A DNA stretch of 59,653 nt, the filler included, from Piptocephalis cylindrospora (lineage: Eukaryota): the NCBI GenBank assembly GCA_003614145.1. It is 9 parts of 9 records of this genome, joined end to end, with 100 filler letters (N's around TTAATTAATTAA, not from the genome) between each part and the next. Parts side by side here need not be neighbours in the genome. Positions count along the whole stretch, not along the records: positions 1 to 6,570 come from KZ988273.1; positions 6,671 to 13,227 come from KZ988274.1; 7 more parts are not named here. One strand, given 5' to 3'. The translations under genes and the position numbers were made by a program. Positions 1 to 9,894 of this stretch are shown here, one piece after another; within the stretch, counting starts at the first letter, position 1, and each line of letters begins with the position of its first letter. The notes under the pieces were generated by a model. It was not told the DNA's origin, searched no databases, and worked only from the letters and a program-made list of their open reading frames with translations.

Positions 1-543
1 CTGTTGAATCGATACAATGATCAGGGACAGGTGGGAGAAAGGGAAGCTCTCATTAGAGGAGGGCACCGGGCTTCCCGCAGTAATATTGGGATCATGGGTC
101 ATCAGGGCCGTAGGATGTATCGGAGCTTTTCCCAGACACACTCCAGCTCTCGGAAACCTTCCATCTCCATCCCTCATCACTCTCAGGAATCAGTGAGTGG
201 AGGGGGAGGTAGGGCGGATGGAGAGTCCGGTTCCTCCCCTACCCCTTTTGGCTTTACTCGAAGACATCAGAGGCACTCGTCGGGTCGGTACAGTCGACTT
301 TCGGTCTTTAATGACCTGGATGCACACTGGCAGTATCGGATTCTCAACCAGCTGATGCACCGGGAAAGTGGGAACGATGCCTCCATCCTCTTCTCTAGTC
401 TCCCGGCTCCAGTGGCCGGAACCGTTGAGAGGGGCCGAGGAGCGTGTGAGGGCTACCTGGAAGAGCTTTCTACCCTTGTGCAAGATTTGCCACCCATCCT
501 TCTCGTGCATGCCAAGTCCATGTCCATGACCACGGCTCTTTAA
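1..543 (+). CDS. VHC1: 3' end of SLC12-family cation-chloride cotransporter (Vhc1/SLC12A9-like), partial
   Basis: C-terminus 'ILNQLMHRES..ILFSSLPAP..YLEELSTLVQDLPPILLVHAKSMSMTTAL*' matches the fungal SLC12 C-terminal signature; 5' part lies outside the window. Confidence 0.8.
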   Translation: MLNRYNDQGQVGEREALIRGGHRASRSNIGIMGHQGRRMYRSFSQTHSSSRKPSISIPHHSQESVSGGGGRADGESGSSPTPFGFTRRHQRHSSGRYSRLSVFNDLDAHWQYRILNQLMHRESGNDASILFSSLPAPVAGTVERGRGACEGYLEELSTLVQDLPPILLVHAKSMSMTTAL

Positions 544-595
544 GAACGTGACGACATTTTCCATCTTTTCTAGGATACTGTGAAGGATGGACACA

Positions 596-660
596 TGTGT
601 GTGGGTGGGTGGGGGAGTGGGTGAGCGAGTGAGTGAGTGAGCGAGTGAGTGAGTGAGCAA
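596..660. repeat. (GT/GTGG/GTGA)n microsatellite
   Basis: gtgtgtgggtgggt...gagtgagtgagtgagcgagtgagtgagtgagc. Confidence 0.7.
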
Positions 661-1453
661 GCGACTGTATATGAACATAGTGAGACTGGCCCCGCAATGA
701 TCGATCGATACCAGACTTACATCCGGAGATAAATGAGGAAGCGTCATCAGATGCTGTGGATAATATGGCCAGGATTGATCATTGCCCATCTTGGACTTTC
801 TTGAATTGGACAGTCATAAGCCAAATCCGGATGGTTAAATTCAAAACGATACCTTGTTGCATAATAGCCACTCATGAACGGGTTGACCGAGATTCAGGGG
901 ACCCGTGACTTCCATCAAGAATCAGACTATCGTCAATCAACCAAGTCTCAGCGCCCTCTAAGTCTGCTCAATATCGACATCGGAGGTGACACGATAAACC
1001 ACACCGTCGTGCATTACGGGGCTCATGGGAGTCTTATCATTCATCCGCCTTGGGGCGGGGTCTCCGCCTTTGCAGTCACCGGGGCACGATTCAAGATGCA
1101 GGAGGCCTGCTGACTGGGGGTGAGAAGAACCACAATGAGTAGGGGATAGGCTTGAAGTAGAGAGGAAGAGGCCCTTTTTCACCAGCACTCACTAGCAGGG
1201 GTCAGACGATACGGCATGGAAGGAGGGCCATTGATACTCTCAGTCAGGTAGAAATGGGACGTTTCTTACAATAGAAGGGAGCAGCTGTCAACTGCATGGC
1301 TTGAAATCGTCTGTTCTATTTAAAGGCGGCAACAGCAGATGGAAAGCTTCCTCGAGACCCTCCTCTCCCCTCCCCTTTCCGTCTCTTCCTCCTCTCCCCC
1401 ATACCCTTTCACTTCCCTCTTCCTCGGTATCATACTCCACGACCAGGCACAGC

Positions 1454-2287
1454 ATGAATTCCCAATCGGATCAAACGCCCTTACTCCCACGCGATACCAC
1501 TACCAAGACCCCTCAATTGCAGGAGGCCTACGACGGCAATGCCAATCCTACTGATCCATCCCCGCGGAAGTCTCTAGTAGTGACTGAGGAGGTCGCCTCC
1601 AATTGCCCTCAGGACCCTCGGCAATACCGCAAATGGTTTCCTTCCACCCCATCACGTCTAGCCATGATCATTGTTTGGGTTATTTTTATCCTCGGTTCCA
1701 TTTATTTTGCCCATTACATCTTCTTTCGGTACCTTATCCACCCCCCCTCCAGCTGGCACAATCGAATCACTGACTTTGGCAAGTACTGGTACGGGGCAGC
1801 GGCCATTGGTGTCCACTTTATCGCGGGCTTCATTATCACCATCATCGGTCCTCTTCAGATTAGTCAACGGGTCCGAAAGTGGAAGCCCTCCTTTCATCGG
1901 CTCAACGGTCGAGTTTACCTTGTTTCCTCCGTCATCGTCTCCATTGCCGGTATGCTCTATGTGGTGACCGCCCGAACGGTCGGGGGTATCAACATGGACA
2001 TTTGCTTCTTCTTCTTTGGCGTTTGTTTCTTCTACACCTCCGTTCGGACCTGGAAGACGGCTCGGGACAAGCAATATGCTCTTCATCGGGAATGGGCCAT
2101 CCGAACCTTTACCCTAGGGGTTGGCTCCCTCCTCTATCGGTTCTACGTTATTCCTGTCAAGATGCACAAAGAACTTGACATGTCACTCGAGACGCAATAC
2201 CTATGGCTCAACATTGCCGGCTGGGTTATGTTCCTTCCCAATGTCATCATTGTCGAGCCCTACCTTTGGTATACGCGCACAGTTTGA
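1454..2287 (+). CDS. DUF2306-family multi-pass membrane protein, intronless
   Basis: Motifs 'AIGVHFIAG..GPLQ..RVRKWKPSFHRLNGRVY' and 'HREWAIRTFTLGVGSLLYR'; about 6 hydrophobic segments; first ATG after a CT-rich leader is at 1454. Confidence 0.8.
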   Translation: MNSQSDQTPLLPRDTTTKTPQLQEAYDGNANPTDPSPRKSLVVTEEVASNCPQDPRQYRKWFPSTPSRLAMIIVWVIFILGSIYFAHYIFFRYLIHPPSSWHNRITDFGKYWYGAAAIGVHFIAGFIITIIGPLQISQRVRKWKPSFHRLNGRVYLVSSVIVSIAGMLYVVTARTVGGINMDICFFFFGVCFFYTSVRTWKTARDKQYALHREWAIRTFTLGVGSLLYRFYVIPVKMHKELDMSLETQYLWLNIAGWVMFLPNVIIVEPYLWYTRTV

Positions 2288-2762
2288 ATCTCCTTTTTTT
2301 CTAGAAATAAGGAATACAATTGTCGCATTCCGTCTGATGATAATCAAGCCCTTTTATTTCTCCGATGGGGTAGGCATAAAGGTATCCGAACGCAGCGCCG
2401 CCCATAAGGCTGACCTGTGTGGCGCCAGGAGCACGCTCCCGACGTTTGCACTTGGTCCATGATGATGGTGTTGAGGAAAAATAGGTTGGTCCAACGGATC
2501 ATGGACAAGCTAAATATACCCCATCATTATCCTCACATGGCTCCATTAAGGCTCATCCTTGGATGAAGGAAGCAACGTCTCCAATGACCCTTTCTGCCCC
2601 GCTCAGTAAAGAATAATAGACCAATGTATTGCGTACAAGGGCACAGAGATATCAGAATGAGATATGGAGCACTTTATCCAAGTATCCCGGATGGGAGTTT
2701 TTTGAGGAAGGGGGGTACAACGGTAGTGGATCATAGCAGAATGAGGGATGCATGTTCTCCTA

Positions 2763-2885
2763 TTACGCAGAGTCAATGGGATGAGGATCCGAACCAAGTC
2801 CTTTCTTAGAGGAGGAGGCGCTGACGATGGTCACAAGGGTAGCGGCGACTACCACGAGAACAAGGGCACGGACAGTGGCGAGCAT
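2763..2885 (-). CDS. Putative 40-aa secreted micropeptide MLATVRALVLVVVAATLVTIVSA-SSSKKGLGSDPHPIDSA
   Basis: Hand translation; classic signal peptide (basic n-region, hydrophobic core, V-S-A cleavage motif); preceded by a CT- and AAC-rich leader; too short for the ORF track. Confidence 0.55.
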   Translation of the reverse strand: MLATVRALVLVVVAATLVTIVSASSSKKGLGSDPHPIDSA

Positions 2886-2924
2886 AGTGGAGAAGAGCTG
2901 TTAAGGGGGATCGGGGAGCTACTG

Positions 2925-2952
2925 CTGTCGTTGTTGCTGTTGTTGTTGTTGT
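2925..2952. repeat. (TTG)n / (AAC)n microsatellite in the leader of the micropeptide ORF
   Basis: ttgttgctgttgttgttgttgtt. Confidence 0.7.
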
Positions 2953-3833
2953 TAAACACTATACGACACACAAGAGAGGGGAGAGAAAGAAGGAAGCAGG
3001 AGTAAGAGTGCGGAAGGATGGAAGAAGGAAAGATGGGTATTTGGTGGTACAACTCTAGCCCATTCAGTGCTTTCTTGTAGATGACACGGCCCATCACCAT
3101 CCTTATTAGCCTAGCATAGGCTCTCATCATCGCCTCTTGACCAGGTGAAGTCCAAGGAACGTGGCATTGGAGGGGGGGGAAGGGGCTGTGGGGCTAGGCT
3201 GCAGATCAAGTTTACCGCTGCTCTGCCTCTCTCCCATCCCCCTCCTTCTTTGATCTCCCCCCTCCCCCCCCTTCCCTTCCCTCCCTCCCAGGCCCATCAT
3301 CAGCAGATGAGAGGAAGGAATGCATATCTCGCCTGCGCCGCAATAGCGCCAAGTCAGCTGGCTGGCAGTGTTGTAAGGTCTTCCGCCTGGTAATACTACT
3401 GCGCCTTTCCCAGGAACCAATCAGTCCATGCTGGATCCGTTCTGCAAAGCCCATGAGTGGAGCGCAATGCTGATGCCAAGGCTGAGGATGGACCCAGGCC
3501 TGGGATTCCTCTATGGTCGATCTCACTCCGTCTTGGTTAAACTCCGCTTAGAGATCACTGAGCTCACCCTCACCAACCAGTTGCATGCTCATACCCTCCC
3601 TATGATCCCCTCTCCTGTCTTTTTTTATGGCTTCATCACGCTGGCTGCATGAATGGACTAGTCATGTAGGGTCGAAAGACAGCCCGGAAAGTAAGGGAAG
3701 GACTCGGCCCAATGGATTGAGGGATTTTTAGGAGTGATCTCTTGGGCGCCCATACTCCCTAAACAAGGGCGTAATCCTAGGGGCTCAATGACAGCTCTTT
3801 CATCCGTCCGCCCATTCCATACGATGCAATCCC

Positions 3834-3841
3834 TATAAATA
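3834..3841 (+). promoter_or_regulatory. Candidate TATA box for the cysteine-rich secreted protein gene
   Basis: TATAAATA about 180 bp upstream of the ATG at 4019. Confidence 0.35.
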
Positions 3842-4018
3842 CAAGCTATATAGCTCTTTCCATAGCGATTCAATCCAGCTCCATCTCTATCGCCACCCTC
3901 CCTCTCGTACCCCCATACCATACTCCCACAGTCGATTTACCATCCCTTAATAAGCTCTTCCCCCCCTTCCCCCCCCCCCCCTTCCCCCTACTAAACTACC
4001 CTAGCACCTTATCCGATC

Positions 4019-4393
4019 ATGGTCCGCCTTACCGCCTTCGTCTCCCTCGTTTTATTTGCCTCAATGACCTCGGCGACTGTCCAGACCATCCATGGAAACA
4101 AACTTCAGTGCAGCCCCTGCAGGAAGGGGGTTAAACTCTGCTTTGCGACGTGTCCCAAGAACACAAAGTGTCTTCACACCCCGTACAAGGTAAAGTGTGG
4201 CCCTGTGAAATCTACACCTCCACCCACTGTGAATCATCCCACGGACCCTACACCCCTCTACCCCTCCTCCCCTGATGATGGATGGACGTGTGAGCCATGC
4301 TATAACGCGGTAAAGATCTGTCGCCCATCCTGCCCCCAGGGTCATAGCTGCATCGATATGGTCAAGACGGTGAGCTGCGGTGTTAGCTTCTAA
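4019..4393 (+). CDS. Small secreted cysteine-rich protein with two 6-Cys repeats (effector-like)
   Basis: Signal peptide MVRLTAFVSLVLFASMTSA; two modules C-x2-C-x6-C-x3-C-x5-C-x8-C separated by a Pro/Thr-rich linker; intronless. Confidence 0.85.
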   Translation: MVRLTAFVSLVLFASMTSATVQTIHGNKLQCSPCRKGVKLCFATCPKNTKCLHTPYKVKCGPVKSTPPPTVNHPTDPTPLYPSSPDDGWTCEPCYNAVKICRPSCPQGHSCIDMVKTVSCGVSF

Positions 4394-4764
4394 AGCCTTC
4401 ATGCTAGGAAGTAATCGCCGTTCATTTGGCCATGAGCTCTAATGAGCTCATTTAGATCACTCACTCGAAAAGATTGGTATCCTTCCCTTCTTGGTAAAGC
4501 CCAGTAATACACGCCACGTTTATCATTTGATCGTTATCACTCTGGCTTGCTTTGCATCTCATATGGGGCATCCCATAGCCCTCGGAGGCTGTATTATAAC
4601 GAAATTAGTCTTAGTCTCTATTGAAACGTGAAATGCTTTAGCATAAATTGCCAATGCATAGATCATCAAAATTCAGTGATTCTATTTAGAAAAATAACAA
4701 AACAATCATCTATTGTGTTTTACATCTTTTTTTTTGCTCTTCCGTAGGATTTGCCTTTTAATAT

Positions 4765-5062
4765 TGTAACGACTGGGAAGTCGTTGTGCCTTCCGCGTGA
4801 AATGAATGCCTGTGGGAAGCCCCAGAAACAAAGGACAAGGACCAAAGGAAGAAAGGTCTCCTCATGATCATAACAAAAGAGTCGACAGCACAAGAACATC
4901 CTAGCATGGTCCTAAATATAGAGAATCACCCGCCTGGGTGATCCTCTATAAAATACTGGACTTTCGACTGACATTCCCAATACATTGGAAGATTAAGCCA
5001 CTTTACATCTGAATTCACCCCCTCGCCCGTTTATACCCATCCACTAAACCATATCCCTAATA
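4765..5062 (+). mobile_element. Solo LTR, copy 1 (298 bp)
   Basis: Starts TGTAAC and ends ..CCCTAATA (CA mutated to TA); ATAT duplicated at 4761-4764 and 5063-5066; near-identical to 11582-11879; internal TATAAAA. Confidence 0.8.
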
Positions 5063-6570
5063 ATATGATGTACATATGTTTATCCTGCTTGCTCATTCTA
5101 ATAAAGCAGCAATCATTAGGGGTTTAGTCAGGGGGAGAGGAATTTGTCTATGAGGTGCCATTATCCTCATCATCAGCTAAAAGGAAAAATATAAAGGCTT
5201 TATCGATCAATCCTCATCATCAGCTTCATCATCACTACCATTACTCTGTCTTCTATACATATACCCCTTTTTTTTGAATTTTTGACATATATCTAGTCTG
5301 GAATCAGATCGTCCCACAAACATCCTCACCCATTCTCCTGCGGTTTTCTCCCTCTCAAGCGCTTCTCCGCGGACGTCATATCTATAAAATCTCCACTAGT
5401 CCTCGTGTCGATCAGGGCTTATCCTTGAGTGCCTCCAATAGATGTTTTTTACAGAGTTCTTCCCCTATCTCTGCGCTTAGCATTCTTCCACCGGAATATT
5501 GATCGCATTTAAACGGTAAGAGGAAGGGGGGGGGGGGGAAGCATTGCTATTAGCTTTGTATAACCTTCCATTTCTGTTAGTTCCCCCTCACAGTAAACAG
5601 TTCAGCACTGCGTAATCCGCTTTTATGAATTCCATCGCTCTCGACTTGCCCATTTGAATGGACATTGATTCAGCCCATCGCCACTAGCGCTGCGATATTT
5701 AATTCGCACCCTATGGCACGGGCTCTCAAAGCACACACATCTTCTCCTGGGCTCTGCGACTCGGTTGTGAAGCCGGGCTGGATCTGTCTTTAGGCGCGTC
5801 CGCCTGTCTGACGGCTGGCTCAGGTACATGATCACGACCACCAGACTCCTTAACTCTTATGTAGTCGTATCACGCCCTCTGCGCCCTCGCTCACGTCCTG
5901 TCTATAGGTTCCGGGTTCGATCCCTCCTTCAGATGCATCACCAAACCCCCCCCCCCCCGGGACATTGGATCCATGGGTGCCGACATCCACCGGGGGCGCC
6001 CTATGCCGAGGGCACAAGCAGTCCCTCTTTCGTGGTAAGTGATATACTCACATACCCCTCGACCCCTCGTCTGAACACGGTAATAGTGTTGGCCCCTTAT
6101 GGTCCGCCAGTACGGCTTTGAAAAATAGTAATAATAAGGCTATCTTGATGGCTCCCCGGGATTCGTACATTTGATACTTAGATTCGTTAGTAATTTGTTT
6201 TTTTTTTGGCCGCTGGTGCGCTCGTTCGTTAACTAGGGAGTTTGGTTTTGTGATTTTTTAAATCATCCCTTGTACCTACTTTCCCGGTATGATGGATGGA
6301 CGGATGAATGGATGAAGCCACTATTACCCATGTCGTGACTTTTGATATATGTGTAGACAGGTATGTTCTAAACAAATATCCATCCCCCAGGCATTACACA
6401 ATTCCCATCGTACACAGAACGTAGTTAGTCATCGCTTTGGACCTCATTATGAGAATTCCTCACATTTACAGTGGGCTATAAGCCGACATAAATTTAGGTT
6501 CCGCTAACAACTAGTGACTATCCTCATTCCTCATTGAGATAAAGACAATAGTTTCAGCAGAAAACACAAA

Positions 6571-6670
6571 NNNNNNNNNNNNNNNNNNNNNNNNNNNNNN
6601 NNNNNNNNNNNNNNTTAATTAATTAANNNNNNNNNNNNNNNNNNNNNNNNNNNNNNNNNNNNNNNNNNNN
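6571..6670. other. Artificial contig linker
   Basis: N44-TTAATTAATTAA-N44 (stop codons in all six frames). Confidence 0.98.
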
Positions 6671-6845
6671 ATACATCTCATCTTCTGGCTAAGAATCCCG
6701 AGGTCATGGGAACCCAGAGGGAGAGACCTATTATCCTTCCCTCTGCCCCCTCTACTCCAAACAATCCGGAGCTCGACCAACAGCCACCCTTCCATCCCCA
6801 CCCCACCGCTTCCATTCCAGCTCCCTCTCGACCGATGACACTCAT

Positions 6846-7526
6846 ATGAGCAGTCAGGAAGGCTCGGTGGCTTCCCGGGGTGAAAGGGCCTCAGGGTCAA
6901 CTCCGACAAACACTCCCCCAGCTGCGGATGATCCTCCTTCATGGTCCGAGCTCCGTAGCCGCACCGAGAATATCTACTCTCCAGTGAAAGACCGAGCCTT
7001 GGACGCATCCAACCGCCTGCTCGTCCAACTTGATCTTCCTCCCGACCTCCTCTCTTCCACCAGCACGCTCATGCGTGACGGAGCCCGTCGGGCTCGAAAG
7101 GACCTTGCGGATACCCTGAACCTAGTCCCCACACCCTGTGCCCTCATCCCTCTTCTTCTCATCCCTGTGTTTGTCCTCTTTTCCCTCTTTTCCAACGGTT
7201 CTTCCTGTAGTTGGGTCATGACCTTCTTTTTGGTCACCATGGTTGCCAAGGTCGCTAAAAAGGCCGGGCGTCTCCACCCCATCATCTCCCTCATTCTCCT
7301 TACCGCCAGTGCCTTCCTTTTCCCTTTCCGGTGGGTCCTCTTGATGGCCTATTCTACTGTGGTCGTCGGTTACTTCCGACGTCGGTACTGGCGCCATCTC
7401 AGATGCTCGCAGTGTCATACCTCAGGACCTACCCACTCCCCCCCCTCCCGCTCTTTTTACCGACATCACCAAAAGCGCCATGAACAATGGAAGCAATTCC
7501 TTGATCAGCTGTTCCCGTCCCAGTGA
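6846..7526 (+). CDS. Hypothetical membrane protein
   Basis: 226-aa ORF with a polar N-terminus, 3-4 hydrophobic segments and a basic His/Cys-containing tail; no family recognised. Confidence 0.55.
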   Translation: MSSQEGSVASRGERASGSTPTNTPPAADDPPSWSELRSRTENIYSPVKDRALDASNRLLVQLDLPPDLLSSTSTLMRDGARRARKDLADTLNLVPTPCALIPLLLIPVFVLFSLFSNGSSCSWVMTFFLVTMVAKVAKKAGRLHPIISLILLTASAFLFPFRWVLLMAYSTVVVGYFRRRYWRHLRCSQCHTSGPTHSPPSRSFYRHHQKRHEQWKQFLDQLFPSQ

Positions 7527-7723
7527 TCTTTTTCCTCCCCTTCTTCCATCACGTTGCTCTCCCGAGCGCTAGCGAAGCAAATATATGTCTTACTTCATTC
7601 ACCCTCCCTCTCTCTTCTTTTCCGGTTACTACTACCTCGGTGATCAATGTAGAGATCAGATGATGTCCAGTACACATTTCAGGGCGCTAATCCACCCTCA
7701 GCCGCTGCCACGCCCTTTCCTCC

Positions 7724-9894
7724 CTATTGCTTGGGAAGGTTACGGAGGTTTAGCATGGTCTTGCGGCAATTCGCGGATCCGCACCGGCACTCATAGTTCC
7801 CCGAATCATCCGGGTAGGCCCCTTCAAGCTGATAATCAAAGGTCAGCTCCTCCCCCTTTTTCACATCCCGTACTGTGTAGAATGAGTACCTAATCCCCCG
7901 GTGATCCCGATCCTTTCCAATAAACTACTCCCCGGGGGCAATGAAAGTGGTCAGGTTCAGTTCATCTCCTATCATTTCTTTTTGTCGTACCCCTTGCCCA
8001 CCCCATCACTTACATGAACGACTATGATATTGGGATCACAAGAGTGATTGAAGAACCGAGTATGATTCGACACAAAGGTCCCATCCAGCCTAAATGCATG
8101 AATCCAATATTGGTATATTTATGATAGGTTAGGTTGGGTTAGGTTAGGTTAGATGGGTTTAGGACAATGCATTACCTTCACCCTCTCTTTTTCCAGATAC
8201 ATACGTCACATTCGTGGGGTTTTCCCATTCAAATTCCGTCTCATCCTCTTCTTCTGCCCGTTCAGAGGTGGCCTCCAGGCCAAAGGAGTAGGTCAGGCCA
8301 AACCGGTCGTACAAGTACTCCCGCATCTCCGCCACGCGCTGCGATAACCTTTCCCCTACATACTCCCCCACGCACTCTCCCCGAAGGATACGCCTCCTTG
8401 CTTGAACCCCCCATCCACGGTCCTTGGTGAGAAACACCTCAATGGCCTCCCGATCCTGCTTGTGGGATCCACGGTTCAGGCATACCTCTGGGTCACACCC
8501 ACATCCATCATGGCACTCCCGCACCAGACGTGGGCTTTGCCAATTCTCATCCAGCCATGCCGAGGTCATCCGTCCATCCTTATCGTACGGTGCCTCTGTC
8601 AGAGCATCCCGAGAGTATGCTCCTCCTTTTTGAGGGGAAATTGAGATATTAATGCAAGCACAGTGTAGACTCTATTCATCATGAGGATGTGTCGGTCAAA
8701 CAGTTAGTCATGGGCGATTCAAGAAAAAAAGGAGCATACCCTTCCTTGCCTCTCTTCACCCCCCTCTCTTCCTCTTTACCTTACACATCCCATTGGTGCA
8801 TGCACATCCCCAGGTCGGTGGCTCCCTACCACGATCCACCTCCACGCTCACGTGCTCTACACTATTTTCCAACCACTATGAGCGAAGAATGGGATGTGAG
8901 ATCTTTAAAGCCAAAGCATATCCCTTTTCCTCGTAATCTCTTTCTCCCCTTTTCCCTTTCTCTCTCTTTCCACGTCTATAAAGGCATACCAACAAATTTG
9001 GCAATAGCTCCACATCCTTTGCAGCCACATGGAAGGTGGGTGGATGAATAGAAACAGGATTCTCGGCCAAGGGGTCCCAGAGCTCGGACCATGCCAATTG
9101 CTGCTCTTTATTCCCCGGCCTGTCTGCCGTGCTTTTGATGTACCGTGCCAAGGTAGCAACGGCATTGGGATTTTTTGGAAGGATGGAGATTGGAGGCGTC
9201 AACTCTGGGGGCAATTGATCCATTGGTTGCAAAAGCGTCATGGCATGTAGGCAAATGTCCTCGGGTGGTCGAAAGAACACCGCAGCCTACCATCGCCAAT
9301 CCGCCATGGGGTGACAACACAATGTGTTTCAGCATAAGAAAAGAGTATTTATCCCTCTATGTACCTTTCCAGACCTGGCTCAACTTACCAAACACTGCAC
9401 ACAGGCAAAACAGAACTTTTCGTATTTGATAAAGAGCCTCATCGTCCTCCACTCCGCCTCCAACCAAGGATCCATACAGATGTCCCTTCATCAGTCGTTC
9501 AGATGACCCGGTTCCGGGACCAGGGAGTGCAAGAGTTGTGTGAGTAATACATTATCCCCAAAAGACCCAGCACAGCATCGTTGCATTACAAGGTACAAGC
9601 AAAGGGAACTCACGTTTGCTTCTTTCGCTTCTTCCGTAAAACACACCAAAAGGGAAGGGAATAAATATGGCTTAGAAGGGTTCTTGTGCCTTGGGTATGG
9701 ATACGCTCAAGGAGAGTGAGAAACAGGTGGATCTCCCGGATGGACGGTGCAATTCCACTGGATACGATGGGTACATGCGTACTAGTCTGGGTAATATCCG
9801 TCATGGCGGTGGCCATGGCTGAGGCCCTCGCGGTCTGGCTGCGAGTGGCCGTAGTAGTATAGACAGGGACAGAAGGTGGGAAATGGCGAGGCAT
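7724..9894 (-). CDS. clr4: Clr4/DIM-5/SUV39-type histone H3K9 methyltransferase (pre-SET, SET, post-SET), multi-exon
   Basis: Spliced by eye: pre-SET GCACTNGMCKSLHCAC..ECHDGCGCDPEVCLNR (9 Cys); SET 'RGWGV..GEYVGE..TRFFNHSCDPN..GEELTFDY'; post-SET CRCGSANCR; 5' exons and start at 9894 are tentative. Confidence 0.8.

Noticed and set aside
190..789. 199-aa minus-strand ORF
   Set aside because: Antisense to the SLC12 3' end and runs through a microsatellite
5905..5945. GGGTTCGATCCC resembling a tRNA T-arm
   Set aside because: The 5-bp T stem does not pair and no acceptor, D or anticodon arms can be built
6615..6626. TTAATTAATTAA recurring every ~6.6 kb as a possible periodic repeat or array
   Set aside because: Always embedded in N44 on both sides; an artificial six-frame stop linker
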